NCBI GenBank assembly: GCA_030141605.1
Contig: JAQGDQ010000166.1
Span: forward strand, 396,882-460,881
Reading direction: 5' to 3'
DNA: 64,000 nucleotides
DNA from: Tubiluchus corallicola
Taxonomy: Eukaryota; Animalia; Priapulida
The notes beneath the pieces are model-generated. The model was not told the DNA's origin and did no database searches. It saw nothing but the letters and a program-made list of their open reading frames with translations. Shown here one piece after another: positions 1 through 53,231 of this stretch (position 1 is the stretch's first letter; the number at the start of each line of letters is the position of its first letter). The translations under genes and the position numbers were made by a program.

Positions 1-150
1 GAAGAAGGAATGGAGTGAAGTGATACAGAACCATCGTCTTAGATGGATTGGACACGTCATCAGATTACCACAAGATTCTTCACTTTCTACAGCATTACAT
101 CAGGCACTAAAGCCAGGGAGGAAGCTAACAGGAGGACATCCGGATTAGAC
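1..150 (+). mobile_element. RTE-like LINE ORF 3' fragment
   Basis: Translates as ..WSEVIQNHRLRWIGHVIRLP.., a typical RTE C-terminal motif; related to the copies at 44.1-45.1 kb and 49.6-50.1 kb. Confidence 0.65.
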
Positions 151-662
151 ATGTAACAGGTGGATTAATTTTATATTGAAATAATTGTATTTGATGTCAC
201 TCGCATTGGTATTTTGTTTTTAACACTATTGCATACAACAGTTAATTTGAACTAGTTATACGTAATTATTTTACTTGTATATATGATACTTGTGTATGTA
301 TAACAATGGCAGTAAAGAATTATATTATATATATATAATATATATGGATATAATATTTTGGCAAGGAGATCAGTGAGGACAAAGAGCTTTAATAGGAAAC
401 CAACAGGTAACCAACAGGAGACTGCATCGAATGCTTACAATGTAATAGCACAGTTGAATCAATTCTAAATTACATTGTTATATGTTAATTTGCAAGAAAC
501 TGTACTGCTTATATATTTTATCAGAAAAACTTTTTACTATCGTTATATTATTTTTATTACTAATCGTGTGAATAATCTTGACTGCTAACACTTTTTTTTG
601 AATTTTTTATGTACAGATATTCGAAATAAAATGATAATAATTTTATTAACATCATATACACA

Positions 663-1228
<566 letters not shown>

Positions 1229-1511
1229 AATTAGCAATTATCAGCTGAGTTGCTTCATCCTATTAGCAGTCTCGCCCATGCTTCCAGGCATGCTTCAAGG
1301 ACGCTGCAGACAAATTATTGAGTGCTTAAATGGCATCACAGCAGAATAGATTGCCACCGTTTAACTACGGGCCATTTGCATCATGCTGTTTCGCTGTGTT
1401 TAATCGGCCAATCATAAGAGTTGCCTTGCTGTAGCTAAAATAATAATAAGCAATAGGAGTAAATTTACTCATAATTATGAGTAAATAATCGTTACATAGG
1501 TCTAGTAACCC

Positions 1512-2111
1512 TTTAAAGGACAAGAAAAGGGGTACCCGAAGTAGGTTTCAGCAAAATTGCCTTAAAAATTATATCAACTTTTATTTGTTTGTTTTCATTT
1601 TAAATCTCCCGCAATACTGTCCCGACCGCGCCATTACGTGGCGTCATATACGCACAAGGTAAATCAGGGGTTACCTAAATGTTAAATTATGTCCCAAAAA
1701 ACTAAATTATGCAAAATTATATTACTTCGCTTATCTACTTGAAAGACTTACGTAACTAGAAAAGAAAATTATTTATATGCTTTCACCAGTTGGCAAAATG
1801 ACGTTGACCACCTCCAGGGGGCAGCACTCACTAACGAAAAACGTATTTTACCTTATTGACAAGATACAGTAATTTTAAATTTTATTTAGTTAGTGACGTA
1901 TGCCCTACGAATGCCCTGATCATTTTTTCAAACTTTAAACAATGTTATTTAAACTTCTTTCAAATGACCTACCATCAAAGGTCATTTGATGTTTTATACA
2001 GCGCTACTGCCAACGCAAGCCCTGTGTGCAACAAGGCAGTGTGTAAGTGGTATAAAATTTCAAGACGAATTTTTAAGCTTTATATAAGTGGAGGATTTCC
2101 TTGTGCTTTAA
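1512..2111 (+). mobile_element. Non-autonomous TTAA-flanked DNA element (Kolobok-like family A); other copies about 15440-16000, 19453-20132 (-), 34098-34714, 43231-43814 (-)
   Basis: ttaa-aggacaagaaaa ... ttccttgtgct-ttaa short TIRs with TTAA flanks; shared internal sequence (ccgaccgcgccattacgtgacgtcatatac) across copies. Confidence 0.8.
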
Positions 2112-2619
2112 AGTTACGCTATGGAATGCTAGTTTAGAATACTTTTCTCTCGGGTTTTAGCACCGCAAGTCTATTCAGCTGATGAAACCCGTTAGGGCAA
2201 ATGCTTCTTCAAGAAATAAATATTATATTTTGAGACTATAAAGGGCAGTCAACGTTTTTACAGTAAAATGGAATTTATTGTCGACAGGTTTCGAGCAAAA
2301 CAGTTTATTATCAAGGCATCTAAAACAAAGAAATTTATCAGAATTTAGAAACAACATCAAAATACAATTCAGTAATTAGATAGCCAAAAGATATATGATG
2401 TAACATTCTATAGATAATTTATCAATTTACCTTACAGATTACACATCTTGATTGGTATGAAACTATGCTGCACTCCACAAACAAACAAACAAATGTGTTA
2501 ATAGTAACAGAACTGCCAATATTAAGGAGCTGCCATTTTGTTACTGAATTCCACAAAACATGGTGCACTGTCGGTGTTGTACAAGCCAAGGTGCAGCTCA
2601 GCAGTAAAGAGTGCACATA

Positions 2620-2860
2620 CTCATCTTTCTTTGTTTGTGGAGTGTAGCAATTTCTTTACTGGTCTGCTTATTCATTACCTATTTGGCTTCTGTTTAACTA
2701 CTTAATTATGCATAATAGGCTCTGCCTATATAAACTGCTTGTATGTTTGTAAATTTGCTACTGATAACAGCAGCAGCTCTGTCGAAACGTTTGGCATGAT
2801 TTTGACTTTTAGCTTTTTAATGTAAAAGTTTTTAATAAAGTAGTGTTGTTTTTAAACTTC
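2620..2860 (+). mobile_element. Penelope-like pLTR remnant with degenerate minimal hammerhead; same family as 39060-39480
   Basis: tgcta-CTGATAA-cagcagcagctctgtc-GAAAC-GTT-tggca at 2756-2796; flanks match 39320-39480. Confidence 0.6.
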
Positions 2861-4000
2861 ATTTTACGTTCGAATTTCGATGCTCACCGGTTCGAACGTT
2901 CGATACACACCCTTACCTAAAAATGCTGTCTGCTCGAACGGCTCGAAATTTCAGCTTCAATTTTTCAGACTCTGAAGAGTTAAAAGCTTGCAATGATTAG
3001 CTTGTAATCAAATCTGTAAGTAATCAGGAACAAACACCTGTGACAGCTCGGCTGTGTTATATTTTTTTCTGAGAATTTCGGATTCTGCGCAAAACCGCTC
3101 AACCAATCAGGAAAAAGTGTGAATTCAATCAAGCGCCAGGCGATTTGGAGTAACGGAACAAGCATTTCAACATTGTTAACTTGTAAATCTGTTCATATTC
3201 ATGTAAACGCTCTGTGTAGTCTGCTTACCTGTTTGCATCTGTGTCTTGTTTACGCCAGCCGTTTTGTAAAGTGCAACTTCCTGTGAACGCTCTGCAGGCG
3301 TTAGATTATAGTACTGAAGAGTTAGGATCACTGATCCTAAAACCGGATGTATGCTAGAAGCTGTTTACTCTAGCCAATCAGATGTTTATTAAGATGTGCC
3401 TTATATTACTGCACTTAAAGGCCAATCAACAGCAACTTAGAAGTAGTGCCCATCACCATGGTGACTAGTCAGCAGAGGACGTTACTATGGTGACAGATCA
3501 GCAGAGGCTCGTTGCTAGGCGTTACTAAGGATAGATCTTTTTAGATGTGTGACATAAGTTAACTAAGTTTAGCCCTTGAATTGGGGTATATAAGGACTAG
3601 CATTATCAGCTGAATGGTAGTCAGTTTGTAGACTCAAGTGCTTTGCTATAGATTCTGCACTAGATGTTTCTCTGTCCTCTTAGACTTATTGTGGATGTTC
3701 ATCAGTGTACTTTAGGTTCAATATACTATACGATCACATATGATAAGCAAGACTTTTTGTTTTATACTTCATCACGCTAAGAAGACAACTTCAAGCCTCG
3801 TGCATTATCACTTTGGTCTCTTTTTTAAGAAATTCTGATATAGTTGCAAGCTAAAATATAATTAATCTGTGTTTGCAATAGTAACAATGCTACTATCTTT
3901 TATAATAATTAATACGAATAATTAATAATAAAAGTTCGGTTATTTTAAAAAGTAGCAATTGGTTGTTACAGCGGTACAGACTAGCGAGTTTTCTGGCCAA

Positions 4001-4447
4001 GTAACTCGCAAGCTTGTTCAGACTAGAGAGCAAAACTTGCTGCAAGTTACAAACCGATGGTAAGCACGAGCTGACACTCACTTCTCTATTTACTGCAAGA
4101 AGTGTCGAGAGTAACTCGCAAGCTTGTTCAGACTAGAGAGCAAAACTTGCTGCAAGTTACTCCCCGATAGTAAGCATGAACTGACACTCACTTCTCTATT
4201 TACTGCAAGAAGTGTCGAGAGTAACTCGTAAGCACGTTCAGACTACAAAGCAAAACTTGCTGCAAGTTACTCTCCGATAGTAAGCGTGAACTGACACTCA
4301 CTTCTCTATTTACTGCAAGAAGTGTCGAGAGTAACTCGCAAGCTTGTTCAGACTAGAGAGCAAAACTTGCTGCAAGTTACAAACCGGTAGTAAGCATGAA
4401 CTGACACTCACTTCTCTATTTACTGCAAGAAGTGTCGAGAGTAACTC
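4001..4447. repeat. 110-bp tandem repeat x4
   Basis: gtaactcg recurs at 4001, 4111, 4221 and 4331, with a partial copy at 4441. Confidence 0.95.
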
Positions 4448-4559
4448 ATCAAAAAACACAAGAAAACGCATTACTGATCTTATTGAAAACAGTAAGCCGA
4501 TGTAGAATCAATTTACATGGTGTTAAAGAAAAACAGCACCTATTCTTAAACTATAACTC

Positions 4560-5133
4560 ACAATCTAACCCGTAAAATACTGAAATGGAACATAATGGTT
4601 TTTTTTCAAGAATGGCTTACGTGAAAGAACTATTACCATGTTTGCGCAACTAATTCTTCGCTGTTACATGCACTTCGCCATTCGTAAGTTAGATGGCGCA
4701 CCAACTAATTAACGTTGCACCACTCCTGCGTTGGAAATGCATAGCACAAAACAGGCACTGTACCTCTCAGTTCAGATGCTGTTCAGTTGTGGTGTAGTGC
4801 ACACCTTCGAGAGATCATGTGTGAGCACAGCGGAAAACTTGAAATTTAAATTTTCCGAGTTTTTGTGTATCACACTGAATTTTGTACAGTAGCACTGCAC
4901 TACAATTTTCACTTTCGCAAACACGTACAACACGCTCGTGGAATGTTTGTGCTGTTACAAAATTATGTTCAGTTGTGACGGCATCACTTGCTTGGCTAAC
5001 ACGCTGTAAATTGAGTTTAAACCTACACTTGATTATCAGAAACACTTTGACATTATTACAGATGATAAAATATATACTTTTTACCGTACTTTAAAACAGG
5101 GTGGGATATAAAAATTCATGTTCTTTTCCTTTA
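4560..5133 (+). mobile_element. TTAA-type MITE family B; other copies about 6420-6720, 18310-18700, 24000-24559, 53598-54050, 61668-62000 (-)
   Basis: Shared blocks (gaaagaattattacc, cctctcagttcagatg, aatttgaatttttatcttaaaacttg) and ends of the type ggatataaaaaatcatcc..tttcctttaa. Confidence 0.75.
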
Positions 5134-5166
5134 TCTGTCTCTTTTTTACAGGTTTGCTTAGAAATC

Positions 5167-46810
<41,644 letters not shown>

Positions 46811-46812
46811 AC

Positions 46813-47784
46813 ATCGTCTTGCTTCCGCTGCAGGGTAAACTATAAACATTCCGGCAGTCTGCAGTGATCATCTTGCTTCCGCTGAGGTGTACCCTATAAA
46901 CATTCCAGCAGTCTGCAGTGATCGTCTTGCTTCTGCTACAGTGCACAGTACAAACATTCTGGCAGTCTGCAGTGATCGTTTTGCTTCCGCTGCAGGGTAC
47001 AGTACGAACATTCCAGCAGTTTGCAGTGATCGTCTTGTTTCCGCTGCATCTTACAGTACAAGCATTCTGGCAGTCTGCAGTGATCGTCTTGCTTCCGGTG
47101 CAGGGTACAGTACAAAGATTCCGGTAGTCTGCAGTGATCGTCTTGTTTCCGCTGCATCTTACAGTACAAGCATTCTGGCAGTCTGCAGTGATCGTCTTGT
47201 TTCCACTGCACCATACAGTACAAGCATTCTGGCAGTCTGCAGTGATCGTCTTGTTTCCGCTGCATCTTACAGTACAAGCATTCTGGCAGTCTGCAGTGAT
47301 CGTCTTGTTTCCACTGCACCATACAGTACAAGCATTCTGGCAGTCTGCAGTGATCGTCTTGTTTCCGCTGCATCTTACAGTACAAGCATTCTGGCAGTCT
47401 GCAGTGATCGTCTTGTTTCCGCTGCACCATACAGTACAAACATTCCAGCAGCCTGCAGTGATCGTCTTGCTTCCGCTGCAGGGTACAGTACAAACACTCC
47501 CGTAGTCTGCAGTGATAATCTTGCTTCCGCTGCAGCGTACAGTATAAACATTCCAGCAGTCTGCAGTGATCATCTTGCTTCCGCTGCAGCGTACAGTATA
47601 AACATTCCAGCAGTCTGCAGTGATCGTCTTGCTTCCGCTGCAGCGTACAGTACAAACATTCCAGCAGTCTGCAGTGATCGTCTTGCTTCCGCTGCACCGC
47701 ACAGTACAAAGATTCCAGCAGTCTGCAGTGATTGTCTTGCTTCCGGTGCAGGGTACAGTACGAACATTCCAGCAGCCTGCAGTG
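46813..47784. repeat. 54-bp x18 minisatellite
   Basis: Unit atcgtcttgcttccgctgcagcgtacagtacaaacattccagcagtctgcagtg; 972 bp is exactly 18 units. Confidence 0.97.
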
Positions 47785-49582
47785 AACAGACTGATATAGT
47801 GACCCACAGTTAAAATTGAAATATGTTTGAATCAACTTAGCTACAGTTCGTCGATACAGAAAAAAACCTGTCAAGATGCTTCCCATTCTTATAGTCTAAG
47901 TCCAAATCCTGAAAAAGTGCTCTTACAGAGCTTGTAGGGGTGTTTTTTTTCTAAAAGTGGTCAACATGGCCAATCTTATTAATCTGACTGTGCTGAATCC
48001 GAAAAAAGGCTGTTGCTAGTTCGAAAGAGTAACGGAAAGGGGTTAAAAACGCAAAAAATAAAATGGCCGCCAAGTTTTTGCACAAGGAACGTAAATTAAA
48101 AAAATAGTAGAAAATTTACATTAACGACGTAGAGCCACTATGACAACTATTCCATGGCAGTTGGATTCGTGAAACCCATTTATTTCAAAAATAACGACCT
48201 TTTCAAATTGATCGCCACCTGATAACGAAATAATGCCTATCATGCAATTACTATAACCGTTTCATCATAAGATTCATTATACAAACAAAAAACAGTTAAT
48301 TGGATCTTGCAGAATCCAGAAAGCTTAGTCCCAAAATAATGCAAAGCGATTCAAACTTGCCGCTAACCTTTCTAGCTGGCAACAGGGTTTCTCCGTTCAG
48401 AGTAGCTGAATTGACGAAAAAACGTCTCTAGGGTTCCACTTTTCTGAAAATGTTACTAGACTAGATTTTAGGACTGAAGTATTTCAAAGGAAGCAACTTT
48501 CAGCAGCAATAACGTTCTGATGCGCTGTTTTTGTGTCATGTGAAATTTTTAAGAACTGTGTACGTGTTCATTAGCACAAACTTGGAATTGACATTTATAA
48601 ACAACGTTCGTTTGTATTTTACCATTTTGTACTAGAAAATGTGGATAAATTGTTGACTATGAGGATGTTATACACTTTTCTGTCTGTGCAAGTTGATCTG
48701 TGAAACAGATGCATTTATATAATCATGTAATTATCACATAATAGCTGCTGTTTGATATTGTACTATTGTTAAGATTTATCATAAATTATTGAATACAGAT
48801 TATATATGTATAAATTATTTATCTATAGCAAAGCACTGCACAAGAGAAATTTTTTGTGTATGTAAAATTTTTTATTTATTTGCCTGTACTGTCTTAAGAT
48901 CAAATTTATAGTATAAGCCAGTATACTTTTTGCTTTGTACAGTAAATATAAATATTCTAGCTTTTGTTGTGATTATAAATTTGTTTGGAGCACAAAGTGG
49001 AATTTAATCTTTACCGTTGATTACTAATAAATCATTTTGAATATGAAAAACTTGATTTTTGATATTAATAAATGTAGCATTTCTTGAAAGCTAGAACTGA
49101 TTAATATAATGTACTAAAATGATGCAAGTTCAAAAATGATTTGCATTAAATGTTTAGCTGTTTGTCAAAAAAATCTCCGTTTTCATCATTTCATCAAAAA
49201 TATGACAACAATTTAGTTCAAAGATATCTAGTGCATCAGAAAAACTGCACGTGAGTAATTATTATTATAACTCTTTATTTGAATACGCACGCACGCGCAT
49301 ACACACGCGCACACACACACACACACAACACACAGACACACATACATACACAACTCACACACGCACATCTTGAAACAAACTATAAATACGCGAGATAATT
49401 ACAAAATTTTCCAAGAAAGAATGGATGGCGCATGAGTATTGATAACTAATACGAAAGTCTAATATTTAACAAACTGAGTTCATAGAATTTTCTAGAAAAA
49501 AAATGAATAATATTATTAAAAATAACTTCCATTCTAACCTAAAATGTCGAGTGGCGCTCTAGGCTGTCTAAGCAAAATGTTG

Positions 49583-50162
49583 TCTAGGCTGAAACATCAC
49601 ACATACTTTATCTCTGACATGACTCTTGCTATGGCTTCAGACCTTGCTGCCCTGTCACCCGCAACCTCCTATGTCTCTGTATTTAATGGTGTTGGTAAGA
49701 TCTTTTTGAACGAAATTGTTGTAAGTCAACAGCTGTCCTCTTTGTGGTTTCTTTTCTCTTTGCAATGCTTCTTTGAAAGCTAATTTTAATGGAGTGTCAT
49801 CTAGTAGACGCATAACATGTCCTTTTGATTTTAACTGTCCAATCCTCTGCCTTGACTTTATTGTACTGATCCTGGTTAGATATTTTCTTTGGCCATTTTT
49901 ATTCCTAGAATGTCTCTGTAGTTTCTTCTTTGAAATGCATCGATTTATAATTTGTGATGCGTTTTGACTGTCCATAATTCTGAGTTATAGAGAAACACAG
50001 TTTCCACAAATGCAGCAATGACTCTTAATTTTCTTTTTAGCCTGGTCCTCTTACTTTCAAAACTTTTTTGTTAATTTGGCATATGCAGCTAGTGCTAAGA
50101 TTTTTCTTGATATATTTTCATCTGTTGCTAGTTAAGATATACACCTTCATCTAGGCTGAAAC
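49583..50162 (-). mobile_element. 5'-truncated RTE-like LINE fragment with a possible 13-bp TSD
   Basis: Homologous to 44127-44700 (GHVMRLLDDTPLKLAFKEAL); tctaggctgaaac at 49583-49595 and 50150-50162. Confidence 0.7.
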
Positions 50163-53161
50163 TTATTATGTTTTAAAAATCAAAAGGATAGAGTTCGGAT
50201 CAACCTGTCGCTCCCGTCTCGCAAACGGACGCATGTACAGTTACAGCTGGGTTCATCACAGTGTAGATCATAGCTTACCCTCCATTACCTATTCTGTGGG
50301 TCTCCAGTTCACAGCTGGCTGCACGATGCACCTTGTGTCTTACAACAGTGAAGGGCTGATCGTTGAAAGGATAAGCCCTTGCTGAGGCAACATTTGCTTG
50401 ACTGAAGAAGCAAGGATCTACCCCAACTCTCCCCAATAAACTTAGTTTTACTAAAGGTATTTATGGTCAATTTACAAAACATCTTGTGGCATCTTAGTTG
50501 CGTGGTGCAACTTCTACTAAACATCTTGTAGTGTGTTAATTGCAAAGTGTTAGTTATTGCCGCGTTGTTATCAAGTTGCTACGGAAGCCAAGTCAAGGCA
50601 GAGAATTGTGGCATCTATCGGAAAAAATTCGTACTAAGCATTTGTTTAAAATTACCGGCAATAAAGCCAGACTTTTATTGTTTTGTTCAGTATAATTTCA
50701 AAGGTAATTTTGGAAATGTTTGTCAGTGCCTAACTGTGAAAATTAAAAAAATTGTTTCAACTGTTTGTTAGACCTGGGGAAATGGAATAAATTTGATTGT
50801 TCCATTCCGTATCCGAGTTAGATAAGACCTATTGACACTTAACCATGCTCATAAACACGGGCGCCAGCAGGCGGACACACTGACGCACGTGCGTCCAAAG
50901 AATTTCTTAAATTGAAATTTTTTAGCAGTAAACCAAGAAACACATCACCCCTTGTTTGTTTGCGCAATAACGGGTTTTAAACTAGTGAACTTGCCAGAGG
51001 AAATAGCTTGTAACAACTGCAAAATGGCCTAAGATGCAGTAAATGCATGTGTGGCCGAGACGCTCTGCCGTTTAGCTGTGTCTGGTGGGAAAAATTACCA
51101 CGCACGCAAACTTATTAAATTTTGTACGAACTGTGGGCGGCCTGTAAACAGTTTCAAGTTTGACTATCCACATTTTGCTGGGTAGAAAATCTTGACACTA
51201 AATAAATAAAGCTTAAGTAATGGGTCATCCGCATTGCAGTGTATTACGAACTTGCTTTTAAGATGTATGACTACCACAATGAATATTACCAAGGTAAATG
51301 TGGGTAAAATGTATTTATTAAAGCAGAATTTTTCACGTTTGAGGAAGTCTATGTACTAAAATTCAGATCTCATTTGAGGCCTCCAAATTGTGCTTAAAAA
51401 CAGGAAAAATGTGTTGGTGGGCAGGGCTCTGCCCTGGACCGCACTGTAATAGCTTACAGCGCTTCCCCAGACCCCCTCACTGATTGGGCGGCGCCCATGG
51501 TAATAATCCTCCTTTCACTGTCGTATCAAAAAAATGAAGCGACATTAGGAAAACCAAAACATTTTGAAGTACAGTAAACATTTATTTACAAAACGTTACT
51601 AGAAACTTTAGCTACAAACTGTCGCTCCGCAAAGAAGTAAAATCAGAAGTGCACTAAATATTTACATGTAATTTGTGTAAATGGTACATACGCAAATAAA
51701 AAATTGTCAAATTACAGATAATGTCCAGTCCTTTTGAACAAAAACAACACATCTCAAGGGATATAAATGGCTAAATTTATCACACTAAGCTGAACACTAC
51801 AAGCTCATGCTAAAAATCATTAAAGCTTGAGTCTCTCGGGAAGTTGAGTTTACTTTAATATTCGAGAGAATTTTATGAAGTTTCGCCAACAAAATTGTAA
51901 TAAACGCCTCGTATAATTAATAAAATCAATTTAGTGTCGCAATCGCTTCACACTTGGGCGCGCTCATTTTGAATGAAAAATGGCGTCAACTGGTTACTGT
52001 GCAACATTAACATTTTTCCAAGCTTGAGCAAATTTCTTTTCCACTATAGCTACTATTATGAACTATAAGAAAACAAAACCTAGAGGTTATTAATACCATG
52101 TTCGCTTTTTGATGAATCTCGTTGCCCACTATGTAGTGAAAAAGAGCTACTGATGGTAGTTAGGAGTTCAATTCGAAAGAGTTTTTCAAGTTCGAATTCG
52201 ATTCGAACCTAAAATTACAAGATTTGAATAAATCAGTACTTCAGCCACATACGTTCTTTATCATTAAAATGTTGGAAACATCATGCAATAAGCACAATTT
52301 AGCTGCAGTGTCTGTGCAAAATTTTTAACAAACTAACAGTGGTTTTACTGCAGAACAAAATCAAGTAACATGCATGATATTTGTAAGCCCACTTTCTACT
52401 AGTGGCTCGAAAACTTGTTTGAAAATCTTTCAAACTCAGAATTGATTCGAATTTGAAAGTCACAAATTCTATTCGATTTGAATTCGCATTCTGGTAGAGA
52501 ATGTTCATCTCTAGTATAATAACCTACAATTACCCAGACAAAGTTACAGAAAAATTATTTTAAAAAAGCTGAAACTAAACTCCATAAACTAGGTAACCTG
52601 CACGGATGTCTGAAAGTCATCAAAAATCTGTGAATTAATTAGCTAAACAACTAATTTACATTACTTACATTTTTAAGGTACAATCCTGTGGAATAAAGCC
52701 ATGTAACCACTTTGTGTTTCTTTATAATTGATCCGATGGCTAATTTTTACATAAACATAGTTAAATACAATGCTAGATAATGGAACATCTTAGCAAACTG
52801 TAGAAATTTCTCAACGCGTGCCTTCATCACAGCATTCACACTATTCAGAATTAACCAGCTTACGTCATTTTTTCAAATATGCCGGCAGCGAGGTTCGTTT
52901 GGCGTAAGATAAGAAATATTTACATTCTTTTCCATTTTTAAGCAAAGCATTCTATGCGCATATATTGTTTATTGATTTCAAAATTTTTAATTGTATATTA
53001 ATATACAATATACGTTATTCGAGGCTTGGTTTTTTGATTAACAAAAAGTAGAGGTAAAAAAATATAATAATGCAATAACAATAGCCATGGTGACTTTACA
53101 AATGCAATCATCTTGCAGGCTGCTCTTGTGTTTACTAGGTTTATGACATCATTCTACAGTT

Positions 53162-53231
53162 TCAGCGCCGTCGACGTTTTGGAGTCGTTCCGACCTTTCT
53201 TCGTTTCGATGTCGCTGCTTCCGTTTCGTCG
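53162..53231 (-). CDS. TOPBP1: TOPBP1 terminal exon with bipartite NLS-like tail
   Basis: cttttttcag|C then [22 protein letters not shown]; phase matches; AATAAA on - at 52968-52973. Confidence 0.85.

Noticed and set aside
3280-3970. Solo LTR or SCYL2 promoter (CCAAT boxes, TATA-like ggggtatataagg, AATAAA, ends gttaca)
   Set aside because: LTR-like in layout, but I could not find matching termini, a TSD or a second copy, nor a linked first exon.
50165-50420. Conserved SINE or LINE tail-like segment on the minus strand
   Set aside because: Resembles repeats I recall from other marine invertebrates, but it is single-copy here and I cannot assign a family without a database search.
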